Below, in pieces: positions 59,291 through 64,000 of a DNA stretch of 64,000 bases. The notes beneath the pieces were generated by a model. That model had not been told where the DNA came from. It saw only the letters and a list, made by a program, of their open reading frames with translations, and made no database searches. The translations under genes were made by a program, and so were the position numbers. The stretch is from positions 160,001 to 224,000 of the forward strand of contig JBMNFY010000008.1 in the NCBI GenBank assembly GCA_050949565.1, given 5' to 3'. Source of the stretch: Kiritimatiellia bacterium (GTDB lineage: Bacteria > Verrucomicrobiota > Kiritimatiellia > RFP12 > UBA1067). The number at the start of each line of letters is the position of its first letter. Position 1 is the first letter of the stretch.

Positions 59291-60243
59291 GCGGGCACCG
59301 GCTCCGTACGCAGCACCTCGCGCACGACCGCCTCGCCGGTCAGTCCGCTATGCCGCGCCTTGACATCTGCCATCAGCCGGTGCGCCAACACGGGCACGGC
59401 CTGATTCTGCACATCATCCGGCCGCACGGCATCGCGTCCCGCCAAAAACGCGGCGGCCTGCGCGCAGCGTCGCAAGTCAAGCGAACCGCGCGGACTCGCC
59501 CCCAGCCGCAACCGCGCGTCTTGCCGCGTGCGCGCCACCAGTCGCACGATGTAGTCGAGTACCGACGCCTCCACACCCACCTCGCGAACCGCGCGCTGCA
59601 CCTGCGCCAACGCATCCGTATCCATCACCGGCTGCAGCGCATCCAGCGGACGAACACTCGTCTGGTCGTTCAGCATCTGCAGCTCGTGAGCGTGATCCGG
59701 ATACCCGAGCGACAGCCGCAGACAGAAGCGGTCGAGCTGCGCCTCCGGCAACGGATAGGTGCCGTTATACTCCACCGGATTCTGGGTAGCCAGCACCAGA
59801 AAGGGCAGCGACATCGGACGCGTCTCGCCCTCGGTGGTCACCTGACGTTCGCCCATCGCTTCCAACAGCGCCGACTGCGTACGCGGCGACGCGCGGTTGA
59901 TCTCGTCGGCCAACACGATGTGCGCGAAAATCGGTCCGGGGCGAAACGTGAAACTGCCATTGGCCGCCGAGTAGATCATACCGCCCACGATGTCGGTCGG
60001 CAGCAGGTCAGGCGTGAACTGAATACGCGAGAAACGCGCCGCGAGCGAGACCGCCAGTGCCTTGGCGAGCGTCGTCTTGCCCGTTCCGGGGACATCTTCG
60101 ATCAGCACATGACCATCGGCCAGCAGCGCGACCAACAACTGATTGATCGCTTCCTCCTTGCCACGGATCACCGTCGACAGATTTTCCCTCAGTCGCGCCA
60201 GCATACGCAATGGCGCCCATGTCTCATCCCGACTCTTTCCCAT
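59287..60243 (-). CDS. moxR: MoxR-family AAA+ ATPase (operon 2)
   Basis: HVLIEDVPGTGKTT, RIQFTPDLLPTD, LADEINRASPRTQSALLE. Confidence 0.95.
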   Translation of the reverse strand: MGKSRDETWAPLRMLARLRENLSTVIRGKEEAINQLLVALLADGHVLIEDVPGTGKTTLAKALAVSLAARFSRIQFTPDLLPTDIVGGMIYSAANGSFTFRPGPIFAHIVLADEINRASPRTQSALLEAMGERQVTTEGETRPMSLPFLVLATQNPVEYNGTYPLPEAQLDRFCLRLSLGYPDHAHELQMLNDQTSVRPLDALQPVMDTDALAQVQRAVREVGVEASVLDYIVRLVARTRQDARLRLGASPRGSLDLRRCAQAAAFLAGRDAVRPDDVQNQAVPVLAHRLMADVKARHSGLTGEAVVREVLRTEPVPA

Positions 60244-60250
60244 GGCGTAA

Positions 60251-60279
60251 AGTGTAGCGGTCAATCCCCGCCGCCGCAA
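60251..60279 (-). promoter_or_regulatory. Promoter of MoxR operon 2, probably giving a leaderless mRNA
   Basis: TTGCGG-17 nt-TACACT, then 7 nt to ATG 60243, no SD. Confidence 0.65.
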
Positions 60280-60398
60280 GTGCGCAAAAAAGTCTGCGCA
60301 AAAAAATGAAATTTGTGATTGACTTTAGGACACAAAAGAGCGAAAAGCGAGTCGAGTGCCGGAATGACATTTACCATAGAACGAAAGAGACGGTCGAC

Positions 60399-60596
60399 AT
60401 GAATACAAGGAAGACGTTTACTGCCGTTTTCTCTGCTGCTGCCGTATTTATTTCCGCAGCCGTCATCGTACGCCTGCCAGCCGCCGAGCCCGGGCAGGCG
60501 GACAGGTTGCCCTCTGTCGCAGGGCCGGATGCGTTGCGGCGGGAGCTTTGGCTTGTGCAGGCCGAAGCGCTCCCTGCCGGAGAAATAGGGTCGTAG
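60399..60596 (+). pseudogene. Truncated 5' end of a secreted protein gene
   Basis: Signal-peptide-like MNTRKTFTAVFSAAAVF...; stop lies inside the MITE terminal repeat. Confidence 0.65.
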
Positions 60597-60826
60597 TTTG
60601 ACATTAGACATTCAAGGCGGAGAAATAGGGTCGTAGTTTGACATTAGACATTCAAGGGGTGCAAAGCGTTTTCGCGGTGTGGTAACGTGTTGCCGTGGCA
60701 AGGCAACTGAGGCACCTCCGAAGGGATGATGGTGCGGTTGAAAACCGACAACGCCTTGCACCGGTCGACCGTGCGCGTATCAAGGACTGCTGGGGAAACG
60801 AAATGTCTAATGTCAAACTACGACCC
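60578..60826. mobile_element. MITE-like element with perfect 25-bp terminal inverted repeats and a duplicated left end
   Basis: GGGTCGTAGTTTGACATTAGACATT (60628-60652) and its reverse complement (60802-60826); exact 40-bp tandem at 60578-60617 and 60618-60657. Confidence 0.85.
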
Positions 60827-61272
60827 CAACAGACGCAACTGTCATACCGCCATACAAAACGGTTAAAATTGCGAAACGAAATTCCTTGGATCTTGGCGCG
60901 ACATATGATTTTAGCTTCATGAATGTAAAAACCACTGGCGAGGCGTTCGTCCATATCAATGTACTCCACAACAATTTCCCGGTGAACCCAAATGTGATGA
61001 ACGGAACTTTTGCTTTGCCTGTCACGCCCAGTGAAATACGGTTACACTGCATTCTAACGGCTGTCCATGAGGGTTGCCACATGTTCGGTCTGGTGGCTAA
61101 TAACAATGTGCTGGGGGGCGACGCGGATAAACACAACCCCGTCCCGAACGGCACCCGCGTGATGGACGACGGCAAGATCGTACCCTACGAGATCCGGTTC
61201 GGGCGGGCCGGCCCTTGGTGGTGGCTCCCATTGAACGGCGCATACCTGAAATTCGTGTTCCCGAAGGAGTGA
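60827..61272 (+). pseudogene. Orphan C-terminal fragment with an HExxH zinc-metallopeptidase motif
   Basis: Frame is open from the right TIR with no SD-supported start; AVHEGCHMFGL...H...M. Confidence 0.65.
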
Positions 61273-61294
61273 GAGATACGTGAAAGGAGAACTC

Positions 61295-62218
61295 ATGAAA
61301 AAGACAACATGGCTACTGTCGTTTCTCATTTCGCTGGCTACGGCTGGCGCACAAGCGCAACAGACCAACCGCTTATATTATTCTTCAAAACTCGGCCTCT
61401 GGGTCGGCATTGGGGGCGAGGAGAGAAAGCCCACGGAGGAGGAGCGTTTCAGAAGGAAAATGCGGAAAGCGCTCCCGTATCAAACCGAGGTTCCGGAGAT
61501 TTTCCGTTACAGTACGCTTGGGCAACTCACAAAGGTGAGCGATCACATTGCCGTAGGAAAGGTTATTTCCGTCAAGTGGATCGAAAACTCATATTCAGAA
61601 AACGTCTCGATCACCTTGAAGCTTGAAGACGTGCTGCTGGGCGACGTGTCTTCCCGAAAGATTAAGGTCACGGGTGGCTGGCCGGAAGACGCTGACTACA
61701 AAAAGGATCTGGAAGTCGGCAAACCTTTCTTGTGGGCTTGGAAGCCGTGCCCCAAGCGTGGCGACCGGCTCCTCATGTATATTTTTGACAGGTCCTCGAT
61801 CGGGAATTACTGGGATTCGCGCAAATTCCATTCCCGAAAAGAGGTGCGCGCTAAAACCGGATTGCTTCACTTCATCTGCGGAAATATGGGCACCAGAGTC
61901 CTGGACACACCGGAGGACACAACGAACTATCTCAATGCCGCCAAGGCATACATACGGGAGTTGAGAGGTGCAAAACGCGACGAGGAGAGCTACTACTCGC
62001 TGCTCTGCACTCTGGTTCGCTCCCCCGTGCAACGCATCCGCGAGGATGCGCGGAGCGACCTGATGTTCTTTATCGAATACTGCCCGTCATTCGACGCCCG
62101 GAGGGTGCTTGCCGATGACAACATCGATGAGGCGATCCAATACTGGGTCGAGCATGACGTGCTCCCGCCGCGCGAAAAACAACAGTCCGATACGCAAAAT
62201 GAAACCAATCATGAATAG
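61295..62218 (+). CDS. Secreted hypothetical protein, paralogue 1 of 3
   Basis: AAGGAG SD, signal peptide; TLGQLTK, GDRLL and CPSFD..RVLAD.NIDE shared motifs. Confidence 0.85.
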   Translation: MKKTTWLLSFLISLATAGAQAQQTNRLYYSSKLGLWVGIGGEERKPTEEERFRRKMRKALPYQTEVPEIFRYSTLGQLTKVSDHIAVGKVISVKWIENSYSENVSITLKLEDVLLGDVSSRKIKVTGGWPEDADYKKDLEVGKPFLWAWKPCPKRGDRLLMYIFDRSSIGNYWDSRKFHSRKEVRAKTGLLHFICGNMGTRVLDTPEDTTNYLNAAKAYIRELRGAKRDEESYYSLLCTLVRSPVQRIREDARSDLMFFIEYCPSFDARRVLADDNIDEAIQYWVEHDVLPPREKQQSDTQNETNHE

Positions 62219-63071
62219 ACGGTTGTTTTTCGTTGGCCTGTTATTGATGTCATTTCAAGCTAAGGCAGAGAGAGCGGATGTCGTGGTAAGATTGCCGCCT
62301 GAGTTGGATATGCCAGTGCCCAAGCCGTTATCGCCGGAAGAGAGGGAACAAAAAGAGATTCGGGAACGCATAAACAAGAAATTGCCCTATAACAATGACG
62401 CAAGTGGTTCGTTAGGAACCCTCGGGCAATTGACAAAATTATGCGACTGGGTGTTTGTCGGGAAGGTTGTCGATGCCAAAGGCAACAAAGTAGCGGCAGG
62501 AGCTAAGGAAGAGTTTCTTGGCGAGGTCAGCGTGACGCTCAACATTGAAACCAACCTGTTCGGACAAACGCGGAACAAACGTATTGTTGTGACACCAAAC
62601 TGGTGGGAAACGTGGCGTGTCCCGAAGGCGGGTGACCGTATGCTTGTTTTTCTTGCGAAAGAACGCTACGACGAGTATGTTTTCGATGTGATAAAATTCG
62701 ATTTTGACAAGGCCAGGTTCAAAGGAGAAACGAATAAAGGCCCCATCGTTGTCCGTGAGTGCAGGGGAATGATCGGTCTTGGCAGTGCGGAAACCGAAAG
62801 GATCTTTGTTGCGGCCACAGAGGGGTATCTTCAAGTTCTGAGGCGGGAAAGCCGTGACGCCGAGCGCTATTATGCACTTCTTCGTCAACTGGTTCTTTCC
62901 CCTGAGTGCCGTATCAAGGAAGACGCGAGAAGCGACCTGTTAAAAATCCTGCGGAGTTGCCCCTCTTTCGATTTGGACCGCGTCCTCGCCGACGAAAACA
63001 TCGACGAGGGCATCAAGGATTATGTGCGTCTGTATCTGAAGCCGCAGCAAGAGAAAAAGAAAACACCGTGA
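62211..63071 (+). CDS. Secreted hypothetical protein, paralogue 2 of 3
   Basis: MNRRLFFVGLLL signal; same shared motifs. Confidence 0.85.
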   Translation: MNRRLFFVGLLLMSFQAKAERADVVVRLPPELDMPVPKPLSPEEREQKEIRERINKKLPYNNDASGSLGTLGQLTKLCDWVFVGKVVDAKGNKVAAGAKEEFLGEVSVTLNIETNLFGQTRNKRIVVTPNWWETWRVPKAGDRMLVFLAKERYDEYVFDVIKFDFDKARFKGETNKGPIVVRECRGMIGLGSAETERIFVAATEGYLQVLRRESRDAERYYALLRQLVLSPECRIKEDARSDLLKILRSCPSFDLDRVLADENIDEGIKDYVRLYLKPQQEKKKTP

Positions 63072-63130
63072 GAGGAGGCGGCTCCCAAGGAGTAAACTAA
63101 AATCGTTTGCTTGCCATAAAGGAGGTCGGA

Positions 63131-64000
63131 ATGAAAAAGAAAATCGTGTTTATTGCTCTCGCGTGGTCGGTCTTGGTCGCGTGCCGGAGTTGGCCCGAAG
63201 AGGAGGACGTTGTAATCAAACTTCCCGAGGAACTGATGCCACCCCCAAAACCTCTGTCTGAAGCAGAGAAGCAGCGCGAAGACAAAGAGATGGCCCATAG
63301 TGCATTGGTCGCGCGGCTGAATCGGAAACTTCCCTACTACATGATCGCTGATGTCACATGCCAATTCTTTACGTTGGGGCAACTTGTAAAACTTTGCGAC
63401 TCTGTTTCAGTCGTAAACGTTGTTGCTGTTGAAGATGCCGATTCAAAATCGGCAACCAAACGGCTGGTGCCCAGGATCAAAGTAACGGTCAATGCGGAAA
63501 CCAACCTGCTGGGGCATTTGGATCGGGGTGATTTGTCGCTGATTGTCCAATGGTGGGATCGAAAACGGCTCCCGCAGAAAGGGGACAGGTGGCTTGTCTT
63601 CATCACGAGCGAGGATCATAGAGTCAACATGCTTGATGCGATGAAATGGGGTTTCGACAAAACCAAAGCGCGGGGGGAAGTCAAGGAGGCCAAGTTCGTT
63701 CTCGGGCAGAGTCGAGGCGCGATCGACCTTCCTGATGTTAAAGCAGAGAGGGAACTCCTCACAGCGACAATGGGGTATTTACAGAATCTGCGGCAACAGA
63801 AGCGGGATGCGGAAAAATACTATGCCCATCTGCGCGAACTAGTCCTTTCGCTTGATCAGCGAATCAAAGACGATGCAACAATTGATATGTTAAATTTTTT
63901 AAAAAGTTGCCCCTCCTTTGACCTGAACCGCGTGCTCGGCGACACGAACATCGATGAGAGTGTCAAAGACTACGTCAGGCTCATCCTCATGCCATCCCGC
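63131..64000 (+). CDS. Secreted hypothetical protein, paralogue 3 of 3 (runs off the window; absent from the ORF track)
   Basis: AAGGAGG SD; hand translation MKKKIVFIALAWSVLVAC...TLGQLVKLCD...CPSFDLNRVLGDTNIDESVKDYVRL; possible LVAC lipobox. Confidence 0.85.
   Translation, partial: MKKKIVFIALAWSVLVACRSWPEEEDVVIKLPEELMPPPKPLSEAEKQREDKEMAHSALVARLNRKLPYYMIADVTCQFFTLGQLVKLCDSVSVVNVVAVEDADSKSATKRLVPRIKVTVNAETNLLGHLDRGDLSLIVQWWDRKRLPQKGDRWLVFITSEDHRVNMLDAMKWGFDKTKARGEVKEAKFVLGQSRGAIDLPDVKAERELLTATMGYLQNLRQQKRDAEKYYAHLRELVLSLDQRIKDDATIDMLNFLKSCPSFDLNRVLGDTNIDESVKDYVRLILMPSR

Overview
GC-rich bacterial chromosomal window. Gene content and repeat style suggest a PVC-group organism such as Kiritimatiellae or Lentisphaerae; this is an inference, not a classification. 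Housekeeping and metabolic genes: ppdK, kduI, rpoN, ispH, a lipid A acyltransferase and two oxidoreductases. There are two distinct MoxR/DUF58 operons, a partial Tad/Flp pilus locus with an FHA-fused ATPase, and a VapBC toxin-antitoxin pair. Large secreted proteins include an S8 protease, a frameshifted ankyrin protein, a ~2335-codon repeat protein interrupted by one TAG, a half-length alpha-2-macroglobulin and a LamG-like protein. Best leads: (1) an unannotated ~160-nt structured RNA at ~10247-10406 with its own sigma70 promoter, terminator and three UCCCC-loop hairpins; (2) a single-repeat GDT1/UPF0016 transporter fused to a complete diiron ferritin-like domain, translationally coupled to an HNH gene and ispH; (3) a MITE-disrupted secreted gene that leaves an orphan HExxH C-terminus followed by three paralogous secreted proteins, a toxin/immunity-like layout; (4) a shared Pro-rich G[TS]-hydrophobic-Q C-terminal tail on two unrelated secreted proteins, a candidate sorting signal; (5) a 168-bp palindrome-containing tandem array and a modular REP-like repeat system. 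No rRNA, tRNA or CRISPR array was found by eye. All family calls come from motif recognition; no database searches were run.
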